Origin: Escherichia phage FL23
Sequence record: PP400787
Direction: 5' to 3' (one strand)
Length of the DNA stretch: 64,000 nucleotides
Shown one piece after another: positions 18,894 through 28,808 of this stretch. A program made the position numbers and the translations under genes. Below the pieces are notes generated by a model, which was not told the DNA's origin, did no database searches, and worked only from the letters and a program-made list of their open reading frames with translations. Every line of letters starts with the position of its first letter. Position 1 is the first letter of the stretch.

Positions 18894-18922
18894 GATATAT
18901 ATATAATTCAGAGGAGACAATC

Positions 18923-19090
18923 ATGTCAGATAAGATTTGTGTTGTCTGTAAAACTCCAATCGATTCTGCATTGGTTGTTGAAACAGACAAAGGTCCTGTA
19001 CATCCTGGGCCTTGCTATAATTACATTAAAGAACTACCAGTTTCAGAAAGTTCGGAAGAACAATTAAATGAAACACAACTTTTGCTATAG
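18923..19090 (+). CDS. small Cys-containing protein, 55 aa (uvsY.-2 position), possible zinc ribbon
   Basis: Not in ORF track (<60 aa). GAGGAG SD, ATG at 18923; CVVC...C motif; late promoter TATAAATA at 18886-18893; terminator downstream. Confidence 0.45.
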   Translation: MSDKICVVCKTPIDSALVVETDKGPVHPGPCYNYIKELPVSESSEEQLNETQLLL

Positions 19091-19111
19091 TGTGACCTTT
19101 AGTCTATAGTT

Positions 19112-19142
19112 TTGGCCCTTCCTTTTTGGTTGGGCCTTTTTT
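19112..19142 (+). terminator. rho-independent terminator
   Basis: GGCCC...GGGCC hairpin followed by TTTTTT. Confidence 0.55.
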
Positions 19143-19145
19143 AAT

Positions 19146-19376
19146 TTAAAAGCTTTCTTCTACTTCATCGTCTGAATCTTCTAATTCAGCTCTTTTTCCT
19201 GCCAAAGCATCTCTCACAGAGATGTCATCAGTATCTTTTAATTCAGTTTCTTTAACTCTTTTCTTATAATAAGCTTCAAGTTCTTCTAAACCTTCTAATG
19301 TTTGACAAGAGGCAATTTTACCCATAAATTCATCAATAGAAGCTTCATAAAGAAATTGTTTAAATTCTAGTAACAT
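19146..19376 (-). CDS. UvsW.1 small protein
   Basis: Track start 19388 is TTG; in-frame ATG at 19376 with GGAGAA SD gives 76 aa, the size I recall for T4 UvsW.1. Confidence 0.7.
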   Translation of the reverse strand: MLLEFKQFLYEASIDEFMGKIASCQTLEGLEELEAYYKKRVKETELKDTDDISVRDALAGKRAELEDSDDEVEESF

Positions 19377-19401
19377 CTTTTTCTCCAAAGGGCCGAAGCC
19401 C

Positions 19402-20910
19402 TTATAAATTAACTGTTTTCATTACGTAATTAAATTTTTCATCTGCGTAGCGCTGAATACGATCAATGCCGTGTTTTAAAAGATAGTTCAAATGAACGTA
19501 TTTCTTTTTCGTATTAGCAGATTTTGGCTTGACGCCTGCGTCATCTATAAGATCCCAGACTGTTGCAATTGTTTTAGAACCATGTTTACGTAATACGCGA
19601 CCTATTGTTTGCAATACAATAATTTTAGATTTAACACCGTGTGCTAAAACAACGTGATGCAGATTTTTAACTGAAATACCAGTAGAAAATACACCATAAC
19701 TAGCTACTATAATTATTCCTTTACCGTTTTCAGCTAAGGTTTTCATTATATTGCGGGTTTCGGTATCAACTTCCCCTGATACGTAATAAACTTTATCGTA
19801 TTCATTTTTAATTAAATCGAAAATAGCTTTACCGTGCGATACGTGTTTAAACATGACAAAAGCGTTTTCATCTTTTTGTGCAAGCTTAATAGCCAATTTA
19901 GCGATCCATTTATTTCTTTTACTAAGCCCCGTAATAATTTTTATTTCTTCTTGATAAGTTTTTCCCTTTAATTTAGTAGTGAACTCATCGGGATAGCGAA
20001 GAAAAATACTATTAATTTTTAGCTCAGTTACTTGTCCATCTTCCATTAACTTAGAAGTCGTTACTGGCTTAAATATTTCACCAAACATTCCAACATACTG
20101 CATGATATTGGCTTTGCCATCACGTAATGAACCAGACAAACCGAATTTGAACATGCAGTTATTTAAACCTGATATGATAGATGAAATACTTTTTCCTGTA
20201 GCAAGATGACATTCATCATTCATCATCATTCCAAACTGTGAGAACCATTCTTTCGGTTGTTTTACTACAGTTTGCCATGTACCAACAACGACTGGTGCAT
20301 CATTTTTATATTTATCATCTTTTGATGCTCCGCCACCAATTTTCTTTATCATTGCATGACTGAATAAACGATAGTCAACGAAGTCATCAGCCATCTGAGT
20401 TGTCAGAGCAGTTGTTGGAACAATGATAAGAATTTTACCTTCATAATTTTCCAAATAATATCGCGCAAGCAAAGCTTGAATTAACGATTTACCAGCGGAT
20501 GTTGGAAGATTAAGAATTCTACGACGATTAACTAATCCTTCGAACACTGCATCTTTTTGATACCAGTGTGGTTCAATTCTTTTATTTCCTGAATAGATTT
20601 CTAATTTAGAAAGCCATTCATCAAAATCTTTTCTTGATAATTCTTCTTTTTCGTTAATTTGTGGGTCAATCCAGGCTTTATAGCCAAAGTTATCACAGAA
20701 CTTTTTAATTTGCCCGACTAAGCCGAATGGAAGAAGACGATTATAATCTAACAGACGGATTCGTCCATCCCAGTTGCCATATCTGAAGCGAGGGTTAAAT
20801 CTATATCCATCGGCCTCAAACGAAAAGAAATCTCTTAATTCGTGGAACGTGCTCTCTTCACAATCGATGCGTACATGACTGAAGTCGTGAAAATGTACTT
20901 TAATATCCAT
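19402..20910 (-). CDS. uvsW: UvsW RNA-DNA / DNA helicase (SF2)
   Basis: 502 aa; helicase motifs (Walker A-like LPTSAGKS, DECH box MMNDECHLATGKS); synteny. Confidence 0.92.
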   Translation of the reverse strand: MDIKVHFHDFSHVRIDCEESTFHELRDFFSFEADGYRFNPRFRYGNWDGRIRLLDYNRLLPFGLVGQIKKFCDNFGYKAWIDPQINEKEELSRKDFDEWLSKLEIYSGNKRIEPHWYQKDAVFEGLVNRRRILNLPTSAGKSLIQALLARYYLENYEGKILIIVPTTALTTQMADDFVDYRLFSHAMIKKIGGGASKDDKYKNDAPVVVGTWQTVVKQPKEWFSQFGMMMNDECHLATGKSISSIISGLNNCMFKFGLSGSLRDGKANIMQYVGMFGEIFKPVTTSKLMEDGQVTELKINSIFLRYPDEFTTKLKGKTYQEEIKIITGLSKRNKWIAKLAIKLAQKDENAFVMFKHVSHGKAIFDLIKNEYDKVYYVSGEVDTETRNIMKTLAENGKGIIIVASYGVFSTGISVKNLHHVVLAHGVKSKIIVLQTIGRVLRKHGSKTIATVWDLIDDAGVKPKSANTKKKYVHLNYLLKHGIDRIQRYADEKFNYVMKTVNL

Positions 20911-20912
20911 AA

Positions 20913-21530
20913 TTATGCCTTACTAAATTTGCCTTTAGAATCTCTTTTCATGAGACGACCTTTAATAAATCCGTCGGGAATAATACCGTCTGGTTGTATT
21001 AATTTATTTATTGCGCCATTATTGACCCAAAAAGTTCCTGTGGTAGTCGGTTTGACTTTACATCCTTTTCTGGACTTTCTATTAGGATGAACCATCCCTT
21101 TTACAAATCCTTCTGGAACAAGTTCTCCAGGCTTAATAAAAATATTTTTAGTTCCATTAGTGTAACAAGTTGTACCTAATACCGTGCCCGGTGAGTTTTC
21201 AAATCTCTTAGCGGAAGATTCTTTCATCTTTGCTATAACCTCTGTAGTCATAACAATTCCACCAATTCCGCCAGGTTTCATATTATAATAATTTTTGCTT
21301 TTTATTATTTCAGAAGTTATAATTTCTTCTTCATACATGTACGCTTCTTCGGAAGTTTTAAACTCTTTTAGTATTGTTCTAGAGAAATTGTTTTCACCAT
21401 ATTTCTTTATGGCCTGCTGAATTGCCTTACCGGAACCAAGGTAACCATCATTCAAGTCATCAGTAGAGTGTTTTCCTATATACTTTTTACCATTTATTAG
21501 ATTTGTTGTTTCATATACAAAGTGGTACAT
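20913..21530 (-). CDS. segD: GIY-YIG homing endonuclease SegD
   Basis: N-terminal GIY-YIG module (KYIGKHS...YLGSGK); C-terminal IPDGFIKGR DNA-binding-type motif shared with SegB; located between uvsW and inh as in T4. Confidence 0.85.
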   Translation of the reverse strand: MYHFVYETTNLINGKKYIGKHSTDDLNDGYLGSGKAIQQAIKKYGENNFSRTILKEFKTSEEAYMYEEEIITSEIIKSKNYYNMKPGGIGGIVMTTEVIAKMKESSAKRFENSPGTVLGTTCYTNGTKNIFIKPGELVPEGFVKGMVHPNRKSRKGCKVKPTTTGTFWVNNGAINKLIQPDGIIPDGFIKGRLMKRDSKGKFSKA

Positions 21531-21558
21531 ACTATTTTCCGAGTAATAAATATATCTA

Positions 21559-21566
21559 TATTTATA
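21559..21566 (-). promoter_or_regulatory. candidate late promoter (TATAAATA on minus strand) upstream of segD
   Basis: Plus-strand TATTTATA in the segD/inh intergenic region. Confidence 0.3.
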
Positions 21567-21579
21567 CTGAGGAAATATT

Positions 21580-22260
21580 ATGATAGATAAAGATTATATT
21601 GCAGAGCTGAAGGCTCTTGATGATAATAAAGAAGCTAAAGCTAAATTAGCTGAATATGCTGAACAGTTTGGTATAAAGGTCAAAAAGAATAAATCTTTTG
21701 ATAATATCGTTGTTGATATTGAAGAAGCCCTCCAGAAGCTCGCTAGTGAACCTATGCCAGAGACTGATGGGTTATCTATTAAAGACTTAATTGATGCTGC
21801 TGATGCCGCAGAGGGATTAAAATATGACGATGAAGAAGTCAATCCAGAAGCAGCACTTTTGATTGATTCTCCGGTTAAATCTGACATTAAAATTGAAGTA
21901 GTAGAAACGGATAAAATTCCTGAAAATACCGATGTTTTGATTGAAGATACTCCTTTTGTTGAAGAAAAATTCGAGCAGGCTGTAGCTGAGATTATTGAAT
22001 CTGAAAAGCCGTCTGTATTTACTCTTCCGGAAAACTTTAGTCCGAATCTTCAGCTGATTGGAAAAAATCCAGGATTCTGCACCGTTCCTTGGTGGATTTA
22101 CCAGTGGATTGCTGAAACTCCGGATTGGAAATCTCACCCAACTAGTTTTGAGCATGCGTCAGCACACCAAACTTTATTTAGCTTAATTTATTACATTAAC
22201 CGTGACGGATCAGTTTTAATTCGTGAAACACGCAATTCTTCTTTCGTAACATTAAAATAA
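21580..22260 (+). CDS. inh: Inh, inhibitor of prohead protease gp21
   Basis: 226 aa; synteny upstream of hoc; acidic N-terminal half. Confidence 0.8.
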   Translation: MIDKDYIAELKALDDNKEAKAKLAEYAEQFGIKVKKNKSFDNIVVDIEEALQKLASEPMPETDGLSIKDLIDAADAAEGLKYDDEEVNPEAALLIDSPVKSDIKIEVVETDKIPENTDVLIEDTPFVEEKFEQAVAEIIESEKPSVFTLPENFSPNLQLIGKNPGFCTVPWWIYQWIAETPDWKSHPTSFEHASAHQTLFSLIYYINRDGSVLIRETRNSSFVTLK

Positions 22261-22269
22261 GGATAACTT

Positions 22270-23400
22270 ATGACTTTTACAGTTGATATAACTCCTAAAA
22301 CACCTACTGGAGTTATAGATCAGACTCAGCAGTTTACTGCTACACCCAGTGGTCAAACTGGAGATGGACCTATTACATATGCTTGGAGCGTAGATGATGT
22401 TCCGCAAGATGGAACTGAAGCAACTTTTAGTTATGTACTAAAAGGACCTGCTGGTCAAAAGACTATTAAAGTAGTTGCAACAAACACAGTTCCAGATACT
22501 GATGCTGAAACAGCAGAAGCTACTACAACTATCACAGTTCAAAACAAGACACAGACAACTACCTTAGCTGTAACTCCTGCTAGTCCTGCTGCTGGAGTAA
22601 TTGGAACCCCAGTTCAATTTACTGCTGCCTTAGCTTCTCAACCATCAGGCGCATCTGCTACGTATCAGTGGCATGTAGATGGTTCTCCTGTGAGCGAAGC
22701 AACTAGTGCTACATTCAATTACACTCCTACTACAAGCGGAGTTAAAAAAATTAAGTGTGTAGCTCAAGTAACCGCGGCAGATTATGATGCACTGAGCGTT
22801 ACTTCTAATGAAGTATCACTGACTGTTAATAAGAAGACAATGAATCCACAGGTTACATTGACTCCTCCTTCTATTAATGTTCAGCAAGATGCTTCGGCTA
22901 CATTTACTGCTAATGTTACTGGCGCACCTGAGGCAGCACAAATTACTTACTCGTGGAAGAAAGATTCTTCTCCTGTAGAAGGGTCAACTAACGTATATAC
23001 TGTCGATACCTCATCTGTTGGAAGTCAAACTATTGAAGTTACTGCAACTGTTACCGCTACTGATTATGATAGCAAAACTATCGCAGCAGAAGGTCAAGTT
23101 CAGGTAACTGATAAAGTTGCTCCGGAACCAGAAGGTGAATTACCTTATGTTCATCCTCTTCCACATCGTACTTCAGCTTATATCTGGTGCGGTTGGTGGG
23201 TTATGGATGAAATCCAAAAAATGACTGAAGAAGGTAAAGACTGGAAAACTGACGACCCAGACAGTAAATACTACCTGCATCGTTACACTCTTCAGAAGAT
23301 GATGAAAGACTATCCAGAAGTTGATGTTCAAGAATCACGCAATGGATACATCATTCATAAAACTGCTTTAGAAACTGGTATCATCTATACCTATCCATAA
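22270..23400 (+). CDS. hoc: Hoc highly immunogenic outer capsid protein (tandem Ig-like domains)
   Basis: 376 aa as in T4 Hoc; internally repetitive T/V/A-rich beta-type segments; conserved C-terminal capsid-binding tail; terminator follows. Confidence 0.9.
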   Translation: MTFTVDITPKTPTGVIDQTQQFTATPSGQTGDGPITYAWSVDDVPQDGTEATFSYVLKGPAGQKTIKVVATNTVPDTDAETAEATTTITVQNKTQTTTLAVTPASPAAGVIGTPVQFTAALASQPSGASATYQWHVDGSPVSEATSATFNYTPTTSGVKKIKCVAQVTAADYDALSVTSNEVSLTVNKKTMNPQVTLTPPSINVQQDASATFTANVTGAPEAAQITYSWKKDSSPVEGSTNVYTVDTSSVGSQTIEVTATVTATDYDSKTIAAEGQVQVTDKVAPEPEGELPYVHPLPHRTSAYIWCGWWVMDEIQKMTEEGKDWKTDDPDSKYYLHRYTLQKMMKDYPEVDVQESRNGYIIHKTALETGIIYTYP

Positions 23401-23404
23401 TCAT

Positions 23405-23432
23405 AAGGGGCTTCGGCCCCTTTCTTCATTTT
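23405..23432 (+). terminator. rho-independent terminator after hoc
   Basis: GGGGC-TTCG-GCCCC followed by TTTCTTCATTTT. Confidence 0.65.
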
Positions 23433-23489
23433 GAAAGCACACAAAACACAATCAGAAAATGATGTATATAATGGCACCAACTCGATAAC

Positions 23490-23687
23490 ATGAGATTGAT
23501 TATGAGAACTGAGGTTGTGGTGTTTACTCTTCATGAGTCTGGAAAGTCATTCATTGAAATTGCTCGTGAATTAAACTTACAGGCGAAAGAAGTGGCTGTA
23601 TTATGGGCTCGAGCTATGACTGCTAAGAATAAATTTGAAACTCGAGAAAAAGTTGTCTATAGAAAAAGACATATTAATAAAAGGTGA
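23490..23687 (+). CDS. hypothetical protein (24.3 position)
   Basis: ATG-initiated ORF but weak SD; synteny only. Confidence 0.45.
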   Translation: MRLIMRTEVVVFTLHESGKSFIEIARELNLQAKEVAVLWARAMTAKNKFETREKVVYRKRHINKR

Positions 23688-23690
23688 AAA

Positions 23691-23969
23691 ATGGAACAGT
23701 ATGATCTTTATGAAAATGAATCTTTTGCTAATCGATTACGCGAAAAAGCACTTAAAAGTAAACAGTTTAAACTAGAGTGTTTTATTAAAGATTTTTCGGA
23801 ACTTGCTAATAAAGCAGCTGAACAAGGTAAAACATATTTTAGTTATTATTGTACTGCTCGCGATAAATTGATTACTGAAGAAATTGGTGATTGGCTGAGA
23901 AAAGAAGGATTTAGCTTTAAAGTCAATAGTGATCAGCGTGATGGTGATTGGTTAGAAATTACATTTTGA
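23691..23969 (+). CDS. hypothetical protein (24.2 position)
   Basis: AAGGTG SD; 92 aa. Confidence 0.6.
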   Translation: MEQYDLYENESFANRLREKALKSKQFKLECFIKDFSELANKAAEQGKTYFSYYCTARDKLITEEIGDWLRKEGFSFKVNSDQRDGDWLEITF

Positions 23970-23978
23970 GGATTAATT

Positions 23979-24983
23979 ATGTTTAAAAAGTATAGCAGTC
24001 TTGAAAATCATTACAACTCTAAATTTATTGAAAAACTTTATAGCTTGGGATTGACTGGTGGGGAGTGGGTAGCTCGTGAAAAGATTCACGGCACAAATTT
24101 CTCATTGATTATTGAGCGTGATAAAGTAACTTGCGCTAAACGCACTGGTCCTATTCTTCCTGCTGAAGATTTCTTTGGGTATGAAATTATTTTGAAGAAT
24201 TACTCTGATTCCATTAAAGCAGTACAAGATATTATGGAAACTTCAGCGGTTGTATCTTATCAAGTTTTTGGCGAATTCGCTGGACCTGGCATTCAGAAGA
24301 ATGTCGATTATGGCGATAAAGATTTTTATGTATTTGACATTATTGTTACTACAGAAAGTGGTGATGTGACTTATGTCGATGATTATATGATGGAATCATT
24401 CTGCAATACATTTAAATTTAAAATGGCTCCACTTTTAGGTCGCGGTAAATTTGAAGAACTTATTAAATTGCCAAATGATTTAGATTCTGTCGTCCAGGAT
24501 TATAATTTTACGGTAGACCATGCTGGATTAGTTGATGCAAATAAATGCGTTTGGAATGCTGAAGTAAAAGGCGAAGTATTTACCGCTGAAGGATATGTAT
24601 TGAAACCTTGTTATCCTTCTTGGATGCCTAATGGCAATCGCGTAGCTATCAAATGCAAGAACTCTAAATTTAGTGAAAAGAAAAAGTCTGATAAGCCTAT
24701 TAAAGCTAAAGTTGAACTGTCAGAAGCTGATAACAAATTGGTTGGAATTTTAGCTTGTTACGTTACACTGAACCGAGTAAATAACGTTATTTCTAAAATT
24801 GGTGAAATTGGTCCAAAAGATTTTGGAAAGGTGATGGGGCTAACTGTTCAAGATATTTTGGAAGAAACTTCTCGTGAAGGTATTACTCTAACTCAAGCGG
24901 ATAATCCTTCTTTGATTAAGAAGGAATTAGTTAAAATGGTACAAGATGTACTTCGTCCGGCTTGGATTGAATTGGTAAGTTAA
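23979..24983 (+). CDS. rnlB: RNA ligase 2
   Basis: 334 aa; nucleotidyltransferase motif I KIHGTN; matches T4 Rnl2 from memory. Confidence 0.9.
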   Translation: MFKKYSSLENHYNSKFIEKLYSLGLTGGEWVAREKIHGTNFSLIIERDKVTCAKRTGPILPAEDFFGYEIILKNYSDSIKAVQDIMETSAVVSYQVFGEFAGPGIQKNVDYGDKDFYVFDIIVTTESGDVTYVDDYMMESFCNTFKFKMAPLLGRGKFEELIKLPNDLDSVVQDYNFTVDHAGLVDANKCVWNAEVKGEVFTAEGYVLKPCYPSWMPNGNRVAIKCKNSKFSEKKKSDKPIKAKVELSEADNKLVGILACYVTLNRVNNVISKIGEIGPKDFGKVMGLTVQDILEETSREGITLTQADNPSLIKKELVKMVQDVLRPAWIELVS

Positions 24984-24985
24984 AT

Positions 24986-25018
24986 AAAAAGGGACCTTTC
25001 GGTCCCTTTGTTTTATTC
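24986..25018. terminator. bidirectional terminator between rnlB (+) and gene 24 (-)
   Basis: AGGGACC-TTTC-GGTCCCT hairpin flanked by A-run upstream and TTGTTTT downstream. Confidence 0.7.
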
Positions 25019-26296
25019 ATCAATGATAATTTTTGGTAGCTTAACACCTAATAAAACAGACAAATCTGAACGACCCGCCATTTTATCCATATCTCCACCA
25101 TCAATTACTCTTGCTTCTTTTTCATCTTTTGCTACAGTGTAAGGATTTGCAGATAAAGCATATCTAACTAATAAACCGATAGATGGCTGCAAACTTTCTG
25201 GATCAACTACAACTTTAAATGCACCTACATGTTCAGGGTCATCTAAGTCAAGACCTTCTGTATACGGAGCATAGAAAATTGATCCAACAATTTCTTTTTC
25301 ACCAATATTTTCTACTACGCCAACGATTACATAATCTAATGGACTGTTGGTATCGCAATAAAGCGGTAAACCATTAGCTAAGAACCCGTAGGCATTTTGT
25401 GAAAGATATTTGTCATCTTCTGGTTTATGTTTTAACCAACCTGATGCAGCAAGAATCGCAGCGGCACGAGCTGAAGCAACACAGAACGTTGCTGTATAAG
25501 TTGATTCTTTTTGGATATGTGAAACCATTTCACATACCATTCGATATAATGAACGACCCGCTTCAGGTGCAGATGCATAACTCAAATCAATGAATCCAGT
25601 ATCAGTAATTCCTGTAACTTTATAACGTTTTGATACTGTAATCAAAGACTGCAGAATATCTTTATTGATTTCATCTGCCATTTCGGTTGCAAGCAAATCT
25701 TCCAAGAAATTAGGAGCATCGAATCCATTTGCTTCTAAATCTTGTGCTAATTCAACTGTAATGCCAGTTTTAAGTTTACGAGATTTAACTGCGGTTTGCC
25801 ATTTATTAATCTGGAATCTAGCATCCGCAATTTCACTATCAGAGCTTTCAAATTTGCTTGTTACTGCAGCATCAGAAAATAGACGAACCTTTAAAAGAAC
25901 GATTGCAATCTGAAGAGCTAATTCTAAATCGCTTTCTTCAATATCAGCAAATGGTGTATCTTCTAATACTTTATAAACGATATTATTATATTTGAATAAA
26001 TCGCCTTTATTGAGAGTTAATTTAGACTCTTCTGTTAATTCTGTGATTTGTTCTCGGTCTACATACCCAGCTTCGCCAGCGTAAGTAGCACCAGTTTTAA
26101 ATGTAAATTCGTTATCTGGGTTAAGGTATTTGATACCATAAAAAGCAGCAACAGGTTGATTAGTTCTTTGCGTTGCTACAATGTCAGAATATATTAATTT
26201 AGTGGTAGCGCGAGTCAAAGCAACGAGATTTGGGCGACCGATTGAGTTGCTATTCGTTGTGGTTGATTCGCGCAGAAGTTCGTTGATTTTAGCCAT
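25013..26296 (-). CDS. 24: head vertex protein gp24
   Basis: 427 aa; paralog of gp23 fold; late promoter at 26324-26331; synteny. Confidence 0.92.
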   Translation of the reverse strand: MAKINELLRESTTTNSNSIGRPNLVALTRATTKLIYSDIVATQRTNQPVAAFYGIKYLNPDNEFTFKTGATYAGEAGYVDREQITELTEESKLTLNKGDLFKYNNIVYKVLEDTPFADIEESDLELALQIAIVLLKVRLFSDAAVTSKFESSDSEIADARFQINKWQTAVKSRKLKTGITVELAQDLEANGFDAPNFLEDLLATEMADEINKDILQSLITVSKRYKVTGITDTGFIDLSYASAPEAGRSLYRMVCEMVSHIQKESTYTATFCVASARAAAILAASGWLKHKPEDDKYLSQNAYGFLANGLPLYCDTNSPLDYVIVGVVENIGEKEIVGSIFYAPYTEGLDLDDPEHVGAFKVVVDPESLQPSIGLLVRYALSANPYTVAKDEKEARVIDGGDMDKMAGRSDLSVLLGVKLPKIIIDE

Positions 26297-26323
26297 TGCG
26301 CTTTCCTTTTGGTTTATATGATT

Positions 26324-26331
26324 TATTTATA
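26324..26331 (-). promoter_or_regulatory. late promoter (TATAAATA) for gene 24
   Basis: Plus-strand TATTTATA about 28 nt upstream of gene 24 ATG, AAAGGAAAG SD. Confidence 0.6.
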
Positions 26332-26345
26332 CCATAAAAACAACT

Positions 26346-26368
26346 AAAGGGACCCGAAGGTCCCTTAA
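26346..26368 (-). terminator. hairpin terminator downstream of gene 23
   Basis: GGGACC-CGAA-GGTCCC hairpin right after gene 23 stop; partial U-run on the minus strand. Confidence 0.5.
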
Positions 26369-26379
26369 ATCGTCAAAGA

Positions 26380-27945
26380 TTAGATACCTTTAACATATAC
26401 ACGTCTAAAGTAAGCGTTCTTACCAAGGCTATTCAGAATAGAAGGCATACCGCTCTGGATGCGAGAAGCCGGAGCCTGAGCAGCGGATTCTGCAAATGGG
26501 TTGATACCGATACCGTAACGAGTTTTGAATCCCATTACCGGTTGGAAGTTCTTCGGATCGGAACCACGCAGCGGAGTCAGAGCTACATATGGAGCATAGT
26601 AAATACCAGCATCCATTTCGTTAGGACCTTTATAACCTACAGTGAAATAATCCTGTTTAGCATACTGGTCGATATATACACGGTATTTACCACCCAGAAC
26701 ACCAGCAAATACTGACTTGGTAGTATCAGTGTTAAAGCCAGTAGCCAGACCTTGTGCAGCATAAGAAATGCCGGTATCAACTGAAGCCAGAACGTTAACT
26801 ACGTTACGGGAAGCGATAATGAAGTTACCTTCGCCGCGACCAGTCTGACGAGCAATTTCAACTGCTTCTTTGTCAATCTGGAACAACAGAGCTTTAAAGG
26901 ATTCACCTGCCCAGCGAGCACCACGAATATCGATTGGGTCCTGGAAGTCAAATACACCAGCTTTAGAACCCGGAGTCAGGGTCATACCAGATTTACCAAC
27001 CTGAGCGGAGTAGTTAATCCAATCAACAACTTCGCGGTTGATTTCCAGCATAATTTCGGTAGCCAGAATACCAGACAGTTCAGCATCAGCATCCATACCG
27101 TGAACAGCGCGAAGGTCTTGTGCTAATTCAATAGAGTAAGCAGCTTTCAGCTGACGAGATTTAGCTTCGATAACTTGCTTATCGATACGGAAGCCCATTT
27201 CATTCCATGGGTTATCGGTAGAACCATTGAAACCTTCCTGGAGTTCAGCGATAGAAGTAGCCATACCTTCAGCGATTTCTACCAGTACACCAGCTTCCAT
27301 TTGTTTCTTAATTTCAGCATCTAATTTAGCTGCGTCAGATGCACTAGTATCAATTTGCTTAACTTCTGTAGCTTGCAGATATACAGTACCAGTGTCCTGG
27401 AAGAAGTGGGTGTAAATAGTTCCAACTTCAAGAGTATCACTTGCTTTCAAAGCAGCGAATTTCTTAGCAGCACCCTGACCAGAGAACATTGCATCTGGAC
27501 CATACATTGGGTGGAATGCTTCTTTAGCACCGGCAGCGATCGGATCTTTACCATATACCGCGCGGAGTGCGAATACCTGACCGGTTGGGCTGTTCATCGG
27601 CTGAACACCACAAATATCGAAAGCAATCAGGTTAGGAATAGCACGACGTACCATACCCATAACAGCCGGGCCAATCTGGGTTACTGCGCCAGAAGTCTGA
27701 CCTGCAGCGATGTTGGTAGCATTGTAACCGTGGTCACCACCAATTTCAGCTTCTGTTAAGAAAGAACCGAATGCCTGAGCAATTTTTTCGTCTTTATATT
27801 CCGGAGCTGTCTGGAAATCTTTTTCCTGGTTTTCAAAGATTTTAGCGATAATCGCTTGTTTGCTATTAGCAATTTCCGGTAAACCTTCACCTTCCAGTAA
27901 TGGCTTCCATTTGTTCAAAAGTTCAGCTTTAGTTTTGATAGTCAT
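26380..27945 (-). CDS. 23: major capsid protein gp23
   Basis: 521 aa as in T4 gp23; N-terminal propeptide then capsid domain; highly expressed-type codon usage. Confidence 0.95.
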   Translation of the reverse strand: MTIKTKAELLNKWKPLLEGEGLPEIANSKQAIIAKIFENQEKDFQTAPEYKDEKIAQAFGSFLTEAEIGGDHGYNATNIAAGQTSGAVTQIGPAVMGMVRRAIPNLIAFDICGVQPMNSPTGQVFALRAVYGKDPIAAGAKEAFHPMYGPDAMFSGQGAAKKFAALKASDTLEVGTIYTHFFQDTGTVYLQATEVKQIDTSASDAAKLDAEIKKQMEAGVLVEIAEGMATSIAELQEGFNGSTDNPWNEMGFRIDKQVIEAKSRQLKAAYSIELAQDLRAVHGMDADAELSGILATEIMLEINREVVDWINYSAQVGKSGMTLTPGSKAGVFDFQDPIDIRGARWAGESFKALLFQIDKEAVEIARQTGRGEGNFIIASRNVVNVLASVDTGISYAAQGLATGFNTDTTKSVFAGVLGGKYRVYIDQYAKQDYFTVGYKGPNEMDAGIYYAPYVALTPLRGSDPKNFQPVMGFKTRYGIGINPFAESAAQAPASRIQSGMPSILNSLGKNAYFRRVYVKGI

Positions 27946-27963
27946 TTGTGTTAACCTTTAAAA

Positions 27964-28773
27964 TTAGAAACGAGATGCGACTTTCGCATATACACTTACA
28001 ATATCTTCTGCACCCTGTGCAGCTTTATCTTCTACAGCTTCAGTGACGAAATTCAGTCCGGCTGCTTCAGTATCAGGAGTATTTATACTCTCAGTAATAG
28101 TGCTTTCATCTTTATTAGATTTCTTCACCATTTCTACGATTGCACTCAATTTACTTGAGAATGCATCTGAATAATCCATACCTTCGACCAGAGCAGAGAC
28201 TTTTTCTTTTTGAGACTCAGTCAGATCTTTAGTACTTTCGCTCAATGCCACTTCACGCTGCACATAATTGATATATGCGTCACGCTTATTGAGTTCTTCG
28301 AACAGACGAGCTGATTCTTCTTTATGTTCTTGCAGCTCTTCTTCCATTTCAGCTACAACATCAACTGATTCTTCTGGAACAACAACGTTGTGTTCAATGA
28401 AGAGCTCTTTCAATCCACCAAGCATGGATTCAAACAGTTCGGCTTTGATACCTTTATCTACTGCTAATTTATTTTCAGTGAGCCATTCTTTTGCAAGATG
28501 GTCAAGGAATTTAGAAGCTTGCTCAGCGATTTTCTTCTCAGCTTTTTCTTCTGCTTCTTCTTTATTTTTTTCTACTTCTTCTTCTGCTTTTTCAGCAATT
28601 TTAGCGATATGAGATTCAGCTAATTTAACGGCGTGCTGCTTGACGGTAGCTTCGAATACAGTGCCGAAAGTTTCTTTTGCTTCCGGAGAAATATTAACTG
28701 ATTCGAAAATACTATCAAGAGCAACGGAAGCATCAATTTTCTGCGCTTCGGCAATCAGTTGTTCTTTAAGCAT
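27964..28773 (-). CDS. 22: prohead core scaffold protein gp22
   Basis: 269 aa; E/K-rich coiled-coil composition; late promoter at 28801-28808. Confidence 0.9.
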   Translation of the reverse strand: MLKEQLIAEAQKIDASVALDSIFESVNISPEAKETFGTVFEATVKQHAVKLAESHIAKIAEKAEEEVEKNKEEAEEKAEKKIAEQASKFLDHLAKEWLTENKLAVDKGIKAELFESMLGGLKELFIEHNVVVPEESVDVVAEMEEELQEHKEESARLFEELNKRDAYINYVQREVALSESTKDLTESQKEKVSALVEGMDYSDAFSSKLSAIVEMVKKSNKDESTITESINTPDTEAAGLNFVTEAVEDKAAQGAEDIVSVYAKVASRF

Positions 28774-28800
28774 TTTGTAGTCCTGTTGTTTAGATAATAA

Positions 28801-28808
28801 TATTTATA
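28801..28808 (-). promoter_or_regulatory. late promoter (TATAAATA) for gene 22
   Basis: Plus-strand TATTTATA overlapping the gene 21 stop codon, 28 nt upstream of gene 22 ATG. Confidence 0.6.

Noticed and set aside
28268-28612. Ser-rich 114-aa ORF antisense to gene 22, and similar antisense ORFs (27227-27415, 27355-27759 in gene 23; 29611-29847, 29844-30155 opposite 68/67; 11776-12114; 47612-47971)
   Set aside because: Low-complexity mirror translations of strongly supported structural genes; no independent start signals.
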